Below are positions 7,168-15,607 of a stretch of 49,004 nucleotides of DNA, piece by piece. The DNA lies in NCBI GenBank assembly GCA_001824485.1, contig MHXP01000208.1, positions 1 through 49,004 on the forward strand, in the 5' to 3' direction. Under the pieces are notes generated by a model, which had not been told where the DNA came from, did no database searches, and saw only the letters and a program-made list of their open reading frames with translations. This DNA comes from Planctomycetes bacterium GWA2_39_15. GTDB taxonomy: Bacteria > Planctomycetota > Brocadiia > Brocadiales > Brocadiaceae. Made by a program: the position numbers and the translations under genes. The first letter of the stretch is position 1. Every line of letters begins with the position of its first letter.

Positions 7168-9126
7168 TTAGGATATATTTAAAAGTAAAGGTTGCAGATT
7201 ACTTTCGGCAGAAAATAACTTTTCAAAGTAAGACACCAATTTTATTACTTCAGTGCCTTGTAAGGCATGCCTCTCCCAAATAGACTTTGGAACATCAGTC
7301 TTTTCAAGATGATTTTCAATAATCCAACGAAGTCCCCAGTATATATGTTCCTCAGTACTAACATAGTAACATGAATCTATCCTAGGTTCTAAAAAAGGAT
7401 TAAGTGGCTGCGCATCCTTGACATGACAATATTTTCCATGTGGATCATAAAGCAAGACAGGAACTTTATTCAGTATTGCTTCTTCAATAGTAGTTGATGA
7501 ATAACTGATTAACAGATCGGCGATTGCAAGATAATCCGAAAAAGGACCTTCCGTATGGATACCATAGCAATCAGACGGCAATAAAAGTTCTTTAAAATTA
7601 TTTATACTCATTTCAGGATTTGGCCTGAAACGAACTATTAGATACGCATTTTGAATTTTCTTTACATTCTGTATAAGGGAATTAATATTATTTATATACT
7701 CATCTGTGGTTTCATAAACATAAAACCTTCTGGCAAATCTGGTCTTTGGAGTACCTGCGTGTATTAGTATTTTCTTATCTAAATATTTTGGTATAATTTT
7801 TTGCTTCAATATCAATTTTTTCTCTCTGTCAGTTTGCGCAAACAATAAAGGGCCTGTAACTATCTCTTTACTCTCAGTGGGTATTTGTTGGAGATATCTT
7901 TTTGCCCAGGGTGACTGAATAGCGACGTATTTATAATGAGTATTCATTAAGCCCAAACCATGTTCTCCCCACTCAATTTTTTCATATTCATTTGCCATCG
8001 GTACATGCGATCCGTGGGATATTAACAGAGAAGGAATATTATATAATCGAGTTAATTCTCCCAAATTGTAATTAATATCTCTGCTCATTTGAGAAATGAC
8101 TATGGAAGGTTGAAATGTTTTTAGAAATTTTTCAAGGTATACACTCTGCCCATAAATATTACAGATTGTTGGAATAATATCTTTTTTTATTTTTTTTATA
8201 ACAAGAGTTTTAAACTTCACACCCTTATATTCAAAAACAATGTCAGCGTCAGGGGAATTTTCTAACTTACATACTTTTTCGGTAAGAGCTTTAAAAAAAC
8301 GGATACGTCTTTTTCTGCTGGAATAAGGCGGCAGGGATACATACCCATCTTCGTCATGTGTAACAAATAATCGTTTTAACGAAAGGGTATTTTTCTCGCT
8401 TAAATAAACTGCATGAATATGGGGAAATTGTTCTTTAAATTGTTTTACTACTTTGTCGAGATTGTAATTTTTTGAGGTCGCCACGAGGATTTTGTCTTTT
8501 CCCCACCGTCGCCTCATAGCATAGATATTGAAAGTAAAAGCCGTTAACTTGGCTAGCGTGATAAAAAATTTAGTTATTTTTTTAATAGCAAATTTATGTT
8601 TCTGTATTTTACCTCTAAACAACTCATACCTGATTCCATATTTGCTAGCGATTATTTTCCCGACGTCTGTAACATATCCCTCGTTATCGGCTAAACGAGG
8701 GATTGTCATGTGGCTATAGTCTCTTTGACAAAAAAGTATTTTATTAATATTCCACCGACTACATGCGTTATCGATAATTTCAATTAACCAGAGGATATAG
8801 TGAACATAACACCTCATATAGAAAAGTAAAGATATTTTATATCCTTCCGTTATTCCCAGGTCATCTTTTATTGTTAAAAAAGACTGACAGAATCTGTATA
8901 TTCGGTCTGATTGCAACAGTGCCTGTTCGTGTCCCCTCCTGTTAAAAAAACTATAAGTATTAAAAAAACGAATATCCATGCATTTTAAATGTGCCTGAGC
9001 CTCAGGCAGAAGGGCAAGGATGTACGTATTCGTATCCCTTAGTTCCCCAATTGATCTCTGTAAAAGAAAAGAATCAATTTCATCTTTGAATTCAAACAAT
9101 ACAAGCGTCTTATCGATACTTTTCAT
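7168..9126 (-). CDS. 652-aa orphan; putative GT-B-type transferase, paralog-like to 1292..3154 and 33668..35524
   Basis: C-terminal IVRFRPNPEM ..(about 40 aa).. LLISYSSTTIEEAILNKVPVLLYD. Hydrophobic segment FFITLAKLTAFTFNIYAM near residue 185. It abuts the downstream gene (7167/7168) and overlaps the upstream gene by 4 nt. Confidence 0.5.
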   Translation of the reverse strand: MKSIDKTLVLFEFKDEIDSFLLQRSIGELRDTNTYILALLPEAQAHLKCMDIRFFNTYSFFNRRGHEQALLQSDRIYRFCQSFLTIKDDLGITEGYKISLLFYMRCYVHYILWLIEIIDNACSRWNINKILFCQRDYSHMTIPRLADNEGYVTDVGKIIASKYGIRYELFRGKIQKHKFAIKKITKFFITLAKLTAFTFNIYAMRRRWGKDKILVATSKNYNLDKVVKQFKEQFPHIHAVYLSEKNTLSLKRLFVTHDEDGYVSLPPYSSRKRRIRFFKALTEKVCKLENSPDADIVFEYKGVKFKTLVIKKIKKDIIPTICNIYGQSVYLEKFLKTFQPSIVISQMSRDINYNLGELTRLYNIPSLLISHGSHVPMANEYEKIEWGEHGLGLMNTHYKYVAIQSPWAKRYLQQIPTESKEIVTGPLLFAQTDREKKLILKQKIIPKYLDKKILIHAGTPKTRFARRFYVYETTDEYINNINSLIQNVKKIQNAYLIVRFRPNPEMSINNFKELLLPSDCYGIHTEGPFSDYLAIADLLISYSSTTIEEAILNKVPVLLYDPHGKYCHVKDAQPLNPFLEPRIDSCYYVSTEEHIYWGLRWIIENHLEKTDVPKSIWERHALQGTEVIKLVSYFEKLFSAESNLQPLLLNIS

Positions 9127-10478
9127 TTATTGTCATTTTTTATCCAATATCCAATGAGTTTTTCTGCCATTCGGAAATCTTCTTCTCCCCTTACCTCTAT
9201 GGAAGAGTACGGATTGTTAACTTCATAAATACCTATCCTCTCACCTAATAGTGACCCCGCCCTCAGAAACTCCGGGTGAGTAACACAACAAAGACCTTTC
9301 ATTCCGATGAAGCATGGCTCCTTGTATTTTCTTGGAATATCCCCCTTATCAATTCTCTCTATTACGCCATTTTCTTCTCTCCAAATTGATCTAAATTCCT
9401 TCTTTATAGCAAGCACACTGTCAAATCCATTTTTTACCGCTTGTTCTATCATATTATCAACAAGATACTTTGGTCTGAAAGGAAAAGTCTCTTCAAGATA
9501 AACCACAATGTCAGGAAAGATTTTCAGTTCTTCGATTTTATCCAGGGAATATTGAAGAACCTTCTCAGTATCAACAAAATCCTTTGAATGGGACTCATCT
9601 CTCAGAAAAGGGACCTCGGCACCCAATGAATCAGCCAGCCTTGCCAGTTCGGGATTGTCAGTTGATACAATAACCTGTTTTACATGTCTCGACGTAAGCG
9701 CCCGTTCAATTGTATAACCGATAAGGGGTTCGCCATTAAGGTAATTAATCCTTCCCTTTACGGGGATTATTGCAATAACATGTAAATTTCTGATATCCAC
9801 ATGGTTGTTATATAAGGTCTCAGGATTAAGCGATTCAAGAATTCTTACGATATTTGCACATCTCCTTTTATCTTCTGCATGGTGAATACCATGATAATGA
9901 TACACACTCGCTTCCGGTTCGTAGACAATCCTGTATCCCCTCTGGAGCATTTTCTCGGCCCATATCCTATCTTCTATGTTAGTGACTGTTTCATCAAATG
10001 GTACTTCCTCCCACAGAGACTTTCTTATCATGCTATTGGCATTATGGAAAAAGCTATCCTTTCTTTGAACCCTCCTATCCAGCCCGAATATTATCGAAAG
10101 GTCCCTCTTGTCTGCATCCTGGGTAAATGCAAGTGGTTCTTGTCTCCCATACACGGCTGCTAATTCTGTATCATCAAAGTTTCTCAGCAAGTTTGTAAGC
10201 CACCTTTCGTTAACCGGGATACAATGCCCGGAAAGGCAGACAATATATTCGCCTTTTGCTTCGCGTATTCCCATATTTAGAGCCAGTCCCGGTTTGTAAT
10301 CTGTGCATGTCACAATTTTTGCAATATCAAATTGCAATGCTTTTTCTATGGTTTTGTCAGTACTTTCGTTATCAACTATAATGACCTCAAAATCCTTGTT
10401 ATGCTGTTTGAAAACTGCCGTTAAACACGAAGTTATCCATCTCTCTTCGTTTTTAGTTCTGACAATAATCGAAACCAT
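9123..10478 (-). CDS. fusion: GT2 (GT-A) glycosyltransferase domain + cytidylyltransferase (CTP_transf_3)-like domain with divergent motifs
   Basis: N-terminal half: VSIIVRTKNEERW and FEVIIVDNESTDKT, with the usual DxD position reading IVCLSGHCIP. C-terminal half: IAIIPVKGRINYLNGEPLIGYTIERAL and VIVSTDNPELARLADSLGAEVPFLR follow the CMP-sugar synthetase layout, but the ARGGSK loop is replaced by VKGRIN. Confidence 0.7.
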   Translation of the reverse strand: MVSIIVRTKNEERWITSCLTAVFKQHNKDFEVIIVDNESTDKTIEKALQFDIAKIVTCTDYKPGLALNMGIREAKGEYIVCLSGHCIPVNERWLTNLLRNFDDTELAAVYGRQEPLAFTQDADKRDLSIIFGLDRRVQRKDSFFHNANSMIRKSLWEEVPFDETVTNIEDRIWAEKMLQRGYRIVYEPEASVYHYHGIHHAEDKRRCANIVRILESLNPETLYNNHVDIRNLHVIAIIPVKGRINYLNGEPLIGYTIERALTSRHVKQVIVSTDNPELARLADSLGAEVPFLRDESHSKDFVDTEKVLQYSLDKIEELKIFPDIVVYLEETFPFRPKYLVDNMIEQAVKNGFDSVLAIKKEFRSIWREENGVIERIDKGDIPRKYKEPCFIGMKGLCCVTHPEFLRAGSLLGERIGIYEVNNPYSSIEVRGEEDFRMAEKLIGYWIKNDNK

Positions 10479-10483
10479 ATAGT

Positions 10484-10596
10484 ATTACCGTGTAAAAACT
10501 TTCTTTTTTAGTAAGTTCTTTACCTCCCCTTCATCCCATCCTTGCGAAGGAGGGGAAAGAGGGATGGTCAATTGGTTGCGGCTATGCTGCGCTATG
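10484..10596. repeat. copy B of the ~115-bp composite intergenic repeat
   Basis: Same arms as 1155..1270. The central palindrome has diverged (tacctccccttcatcccatccttgcgaaggaggggaaagagggatggt). It lies 5 nt upstream of the start codon of 9123..10478 and 37 nt past the stop of 10634..11371. Confidence 0.85.
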
Positions 10597-10633
10597 CATT
10601 GGATGCCTATTTCAAAATACTAAAATGTTGCTT

Positions 10634-11371
10634 TTATTCTAAGTCCTCAACAGATTCATCGTATTTAACCCCGTATTTTTTTACCAACGATTTTGCTCTC
10701 AGTATGTAATCAGCAAGCATGAGGTCTTCTTTGGTCTTTATGATAATCGAGGTCTCTTTACTCACAGGATAGTATCTTACTTTACCGCAAAAAAAGGCAT
10801 AACCCTTTTCTTTATACGCATCCATAAATGTTCTGTTTTTCCACATCATTATTGAATACACAAAAGGTTGAACCGGTTTTAAGTTCTGTGTCTGGGCAAA
10901 AACTTCACCAGGATTAAAATTAACAGGTTTTCCATCATAAACACAGTGAACCTGTTCGTTTTTTACAGTAATAAGGGTATCAAGTTTCTCTCTGATAAAA
11001 TAGTTTATGACCGCTCTTATCTCTTCTCCTGTTTGTAATGGAGACGTAGGATTTACCCATGCCATGATATCGGATGGATACTTCGACATAAAATCATATA
11101 CGACACTATCGGACTTAGTCGTGGAAGAACCTAGTTCTTTTGGTCTTAAGTAAAATTCCACACCGTAGCGTTTCGCAATTTTGGCAAAAAATTCACTATC
11201 AGAATTCACGATAATACTGGTGAAGATACCTGAATCTTTTGCCGCCTCAATCGCATACGAAATAAGGGGCTTCTCGTTTATAAGTGCAAGGTTTTTCATC
11301 TTAAGACGGTTACTCCCAATCCTTGCAGGAATCATTGCAATTATGTATTTTTTTTTATTTCCAGACACCAC
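10634..11371 (-). CDS. cytidylyltransferase (CTP_transf_3 family)
   Basis: IAMIPARIGSNRLKMKNL followed by NEKPLISYAIEAA. 245 aa. An A9 run lies in codons 5-8. Confidence 0.85.
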   Translation of the reverse strand: MVSGNKKKYIIAMIPARIGSNRLKMKNLALINEKPLISYAIEAAKDSGIFTSIIVNSDSEFFAKIAKRYGVEFYLRPKELGSSTTKSDSVVYDFMSKYPSDIMAWVNPTSPLQTGEEIRAVINYFIREKLDTLITVKNEQVHCVYDGKPVNFNPGEVFAQTQNLKPVQPFVYSIMMWKNRTFMDAYKEKGYAFFCGKVRYYPVSKETSIIIKTKEDLMLADYILRAKSLVKKYGVKYDESVEDLE

Positions 11372-11382
11372 CGTTTTTATAT

Positions 11383-12420
11383 TTAATTAAATTGAATACC
11401 ATATTCTTTACTTATCTTTTTAAATGCTTCATATTCAGATGGTTTTAGTGGAATTCCCTTTCTCATTCTTTCTTCACAATTCATCTTCTCAGGGTCACCA
11501 GCAACCTGAACAGGAATTCCCTTATCTAATGCCGGTTCATTTCTGAGTTCTTTCATCATAGCAGAGAGGCGCTCTTTAAAAATTTCTTTGTCTTGAAAAC
11601 AGTCAATTTTTATCGCTATGATAAACTGTCCGAGAAAACGCTTTGCACTCATAGGCGCTTCAAACATTTTTGGAATATGTGGTCCATACGGCATACCAGT
11701 AAACAAACCACATAAAATTTCCACAACCATACTCAAACCATATCCTTTATAACCTCCTACAGGCAAAAGCATTGTTATTTCATTCGGGTCTGTGGTTTCA
11801 ACACCATCTTTATTTGCACCAACACCTGCAGGTGCAGGTATTTTCTCATCCCTTAGCTGCCTTATTTTGTTAAAAGTAACAATGCTGGTCGCCATGTCCA
11901 GACAGAAAGGTTCCTCCTCTTTACATGGCGCCGCAAAACATATTGGATTATTTCCCAAAAATGGCCTTTTCCCTGCATAAGTTTTAACAAGGGCGTCTGT
12001 ATTGGTAAAACACATGCCCACCATATCGTGTTTCGCTATTTCTAGTGCGTAATAAGCCGCAGCTCCAAAGTGGGTTGAATTATAAATAGCGATATGTCCT
12101 GTGCCAGCTTCATGGGCAAGTTCAATTGCTCTTTTTGTTGCTTCCATGCCTGCAGCATGACCGAATGTATGATCAGCATCTAAAAGCCCAGTAGATGAGG
12201 AAGTTTGTTTAAACTTATAATTTGGATTTGGATTGATTCTTCCACCCTTAACACCATTAATGTAATGTGGTAGTAGCCTGATGCCGTGCGAATCAACCCC
12301 TCTGAGAGAAGTCTGAACTAATCCTTCTGTAACATACTCAGCTACATCATTACGAACACCGGCTTTTAATAGGACGCTCTTAATAAACTCTTGTAATTTC
12401 CCAGCTTGTACTAAAACCAT
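11383..12420 (-). CDS. Ldh_2-family (malate/L-lactate/sulfolactate-type) 2-oxo-acid dehydrogenase
   Basis: LRGVDSHGIRLLPHY and GGYKGYGLSMVVE motifs. 345 aa. Confidence 0.8.
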   Translation of the reverse strand: MVLVQAGKLQEFIKSVLLKAGVRNDVAEYVTEGLVQTSLRGVDSHGIRLLPHYINGVKGGRINPNPNYKFKQTSSSTGLLDADHTFGHAAGMEATKRAIELAHEAGTGHIAIYNSTHFGAAAYYALEIAKHDMVGMCFTNTDALVKTYAGKRPFLGNNPICFAAPCKEEEPFCLDMATSIVTFNKIRQLRDEKIPAPAGVGANKDGVETTDPNEITMLLPVGGYKGYGLSMVVEILCGLFTGMPYGPHIPKMFEAPMSAKRFLGQFIIAIKIDCFQDKEIFKERLSAMMKELRNEPALDKGIPVQVAGDPEKMNCEERMRKGIPLKPSEYEAFKKISKEYGIQFN

Positions 12421-12423
12421 AAC

Positions 12424-12591
12424 TTATTCCTCATATTTATTCAGCCGCATATCTACGCAGATCATCGCAGATGTTTTTCTTTTGTTATCATATGCAGATT
12501 CTAAAAAACCATCACCAAGTTCGTTATACACTTCATAAAATCCTTTAATAATTTTATCTGTTATATCTTTATGTTTAAAATCTGTGCTCAT
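12424..12591 (-). pseudogene. truncated GxxExxY-family (PD-(D/E)XK-like) gene relic
   Basis: My translation is MSTDFKHKDITDKIIKGFYEVYNELGDGFLESAYDNKRKTSAMICVDMRLNKYEE*. It keeps the family N-terminus including the eponymous G-F-L-E-S-A-Y, then diverges and stops at 55 aa. The near-complete copy at 28555..28926 would encode about 123 aa. Confidence 0.6.
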
Positions 12592-12600
12592 CTGTGTAAA

Positions 12601-13848
12601 TCAGCGGTTGAATAGATATATATTTTCAAATCCCACAAATCTATCTTCGATAAAATTTGTTTTTATCCACTGTCCATTCTCAACAAGACTTCTATTCACA
12701 GCTTCAATAACTTTTGTTGGAACAAGCGACTGCTTAAAAGTAGGTCTTTCATTTTCTAAGTCACATACTTTTAATAAACCTTTTTCAATTTGAATCGCAT
12801 CATTAAAAAATTGATGTATGCTATCTATTCCATATCCACGATAAGAAATCTTGCCGGCCTGACCGTAGACGCTGCAAAAATATGGATTCGGCTCCTCAAT
12901 TCCCTTTTCGTCGGTTACAATAGCAATGCCACGTTTCTTCTGATCGGATTCAAATCTTCCTTTCGTCCCTATCACCTTGATTTTCTGATCAGACACTGCA
13001 GAACTTGTTTCAGGATCAATCCAATTTGTTAGAATATAAGAGGTGAATCTTTTCCCATTTGGCATTTCCCATTCAACTACACTCCCAATCGAATCGTAGG
13101 TATTTATTCCTTTTGAATACAACCAGTTCTTTTGTCCTGTTGCCATTACCCGTTTAGGAGCGGCTTTCGTAGCAAAATATATGATGTCGACATAATGAAT
13201 ACCGAGATATTGAAATATGTTTGTAGTCTCTACCCAGCCTTTAAATCTCTCTGTAGGAATGCTCTTTCTCTGGCTGTACTCGACTATAAAATACAGAGGA
13301 TCACCAATCACACCGCTCTTAATAACGTCTCTTAACTTTAGGTTCGCGAGATCAAATCGCTTATGAAATTCTACTGCACCGTATACGTTATGTTTTTTTT
13401 GAAGTTCTATGAGGTCGACAACCTCTTTTACTGTAGGAGCAAGCGGCTTAACGACAAGGGTATGTAATCCATGCCCAATAGTATCGCCAGCGACTTTTCT
13501 GTGAAGATTATCAGGCACAACCACAATTGCACAGGCAGGTCTGGAAATCTCGCGGATTGCTTCCCGGTAAGCCTCTGGATCATAGGTCTTATTTTCAGTG
13601 AAATATCTCGGTGCTATTTCGAAACCAAAAAGTTTGTTCAGTTCTTTGATTTTTTCCTTTACCGTCTCTATTCCTTCAAAATGGGCGCCTGCGATGTACA
13701 CATTGCCTGATATTTTTCGTTGTCGTTTCCACTCATAAATGGCAGGGAGTATCGTTCCATAGCCGTCCGTACCCCTTCCGCAAACATACATACCTGTGCC
13801 AATGATAAGAATGTTTATAGGAACATCAGCAGTAACAGTATTTTTCAT
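12601..13848 (-). CDS. Gfo/Idh/MocA-like NAD(P) oxidoreductase (putative sugar dehydrogenase)
   Basis: Rossmann start INILIIGTGMY. LVVKPLAPT sits at the EKP position. AVEFHKRFD is present. The track ORF extends to 13926, but that extension overlaps the upstream gene. The ATG at 13848 (MKNTVTADVP..) is the more likely start. Confidence 0.6.
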   Translation of the reverse strand: MKNTVTADVPINILIIGTGMYVCGRGTDGYGTILPAIYEWKRQRKISGNVYIAGAHFEGIETVKEKIKELNKLFGFEIAPRYFTENKTYDPEAYREAIREISRPACAIVVVPDNLHRKVAGDTIGHGLHTLVVKPLAPTVKEVVDLIELQKKHNVYGAVEFHKRFDLANLKLRDVIKSGVIGDPLYFIVEYSQRKSIPTERFKGWVETTNIFQYLGIHYVDIIYFATKAAPKRVMATGQKNWLYSKGINTYDSIGSVVEWEMPNGKRFTSYILTNWIDPETSSAVSDQKIKVIGTKGRFESDQKKRGIAIVTDEKGIEEPNPYFCSVYGQAGKISYRGYGIDSIHQFFNDAIQIEKGLLKVCDLENERPTFKQSLVPTKVIEAVNRSLVENGQWIKTNFIEDRFVGFENIYLFNR

Positions 13849-13915
13849 TGTGTTATAATTTAGTTTACCGTTTTTACGGCCAATCCACACAATAATCAGG
13901 GTTGGACAAAACTTC

Positions 13916-15589
13916 TTATGAACCAATCTTCAGAAGTAATTTCTCATTAATTTTTTTCAAAGACATCTCTATATTAATTTTTGAATAATCAAGGCCATCT
14001 AAAAGTTCCTCTATATTTATGTTCACAGGTTTCTTAAAACGTGGATATATACCTTGAATATCACCTTTTTTTACGTTTTTAAGCCTAGAATTAAAGAGAT
14101 TTTTAATTTTATTTTTTAAAATAACCCACAGGTGCTTCTTTTTATAATTTATATATATCTTTTGCAATGGAAGCATAATCTTAATAAGCAACTTTATTTT
14201 ATACTTTCTGTAAAGATAATATTCGTCCATCTCGTCCCTTATCGTAGTCACCCACTTCGCAACTACTTCATCTGATTCATCAGTAAGGTTTACATGGAAA
14301 TTTCCTGCACGTCCGGTATCTCCATCAAGAGAAGAAAGGTATTCATCTTCATCTTTTACAATTCCGGTTAGTCTTGAAAAATCATAGAGCGGTGACCCGG
14401 GGATAGGAAGGGCATATGTCATTTGGTACTGCTTAAAATTAAAGTTTAAAGATTTAAGAAAATCAATTGATTCTCTGATGGTCTTGTTAGTTTCACCAGG
14501 CATTCCCAAAACAAGTGCCGGAGAAGTATAAATGGCTGCTTCTTTAGTTAATATTGCAACTTGTCTGTTTTGTTCAACAGTTACTCTCTTATCTATTATA
14601 TTCAGCATTTTTTGGTTACCCGATTCAAAGCCGTATTCTATCATCCAGCAGCCAATTTCTTTATATGCCTTAAGTATATCTTTATCCACAGTATCTACTC
14701 TCATACCGAGTATTCGAAAAATTATATCAAGATTTCTTCTTTTATACTCTTCGATAAAATCCCAATTCCTTTTCTTATTTGGTGCAAAACACTCATCCCC
14801 AAAGGTAAAAAAACCCACATCGAACTTTTCGATGCAATATTCTATAAAATCAAAAACATATTTCATCGAGTGTACTCTTATTCCTCTATTTGCTCTAAAA
14901 CAAAAACTGCATATCCCAAAACATCCTCTGCTTGTGGGAATTGTTATCATTTTCCTTTTTCTTTTGGAATTATATATCCTTTTATCTATTTTAGTTGTGA
15001 ATTTACGGATGAATTCTATGCCATCGGGCAAATATTCACTAATGTCTATCAAATCAAATGCAGGATAAGGCAAACTATCTAAATCCTTTATCGTTTCTCT
15101 TTTATCTGTATGTACATTTGAAAACTCATTTTTAAAAGTAATCCCAGATATACTATTCAAATCTTTGTTACTTTTCAAACAGTCCATCAGTTCTACTATA
15201 GCGATTTCTCCCTCTCCATGAACTACAATATTAATTGCAGTATGTTGTAAAACAGGCTCTACCGCACTAGTTAATCCTCCGCCAAGAATTTGTATTTTAT
15301 TGGGAAAGGCTTGTTTAATTTCCCGACTCAAATCTTTTATATATTTGTACGAAGGTGCAACTATACCGCTAAATCCAATATATTTTGGATTAATTTGCCT
15401 GACTCTTTCAATTACTCCTTGATTATTTATTCTTTCGGTATCGACATTTAATATCATAGGGGTATATCCTTTTTGTCTCAATGCACTGGCAATATACATT
15501 GCACCATAGGGAGGATAAATAGTATGTTTTATACGTGATGGAGGAATAATTAATAAGAGATCAACATTTGTTTTATATAATGACGACAT
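13916..15589 (-). CDS. B12-binding-domain (class B) radical SAM enzyme
   Basis: N-terminal cobalamin-domain pattern with VVHGEGEIAIVEL. 4Fe-4S motif TSRGCFGICSFCF (CxxxCxxC). 557 aa with a Lys-rich C-terminal extension. Confidence 0.85.
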   Translation of the reverse strand: MSSLYKTNVDLLLIIPPSRIKHTIYPPYGAMYIASALRQKGYTPMILNVDTERINNQGVIERVRQINPKYIGFSGIVAPSYKYIKDLSREIKQAFPNKIQILGGGLTSAVEPVLQHTAINIVVHGEGEIAIVELMDCLKSNKDLNSISGITFKNEFSNVHTDKRETIKDLDSLPYPAFDLIDISEYLPDGIEFIRKFTTKIDKRIYNSKRKRKMITIPTSRGCFGICSFCFRANRGIRVHSMKYVFDFIEYCIEKFDVGFFTFGDECFAPNKKRNWDFIEEYKRRNLDIIFRILGMRVDTVDKDILKAYKEIGCWMIEYGFESGNQKMLNIIDKRVTVEQNRQVAILTKEAAIYTSPALVLGMPGETNKTIRESIDFLKSLNFNFKQYQMTYALPIPGSPLYDFSRLTGIVKDEDEYLSSLDGDTGRAGNFHVNLTDESDEVVAKWVTTIRDEMDEYYLYRKYKIKLLIKIMLPLQKIYINYKKKHLWVILKNKIKNLFNSRLKNVKKGDIQGIYPRFKKPVNINIEELLDGLDYSKINIEMSLKKINEKLLLKIGS

Positions 15590-15607
15590 AATATTACATA
15601 CTCCATC

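Noticed and set aside
13849-13926. 26-codon N-terminal extension of the oxidoreductase ORF (MVHKKFCPTLIIVWIGRKNGKLNYNT).
   Set aside because: It overlaps the 3' end of the upstream rSAM gene by 11 nt. The Rossmann fold begins right after the internal ATG at 13848, so the shorter start is preferred.
14532-15082. Plus-strand ORFs of 178 and 173 aa (14532..15068, 14561..15082), together with all other plus-strand ORFs in the track (288..503, 1581..1835, 3317..3670, 27879..28271, 46008..46364 and others).
   Set aside because: Each lies entirely antisense to a long minus-strand gene with clear family motifs. Their translations are low-complexity (Ile/Phe/Ser/Leu-rich) with no recognisable motif. 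This is expected for antisense frames of AT-rich coding DNA.
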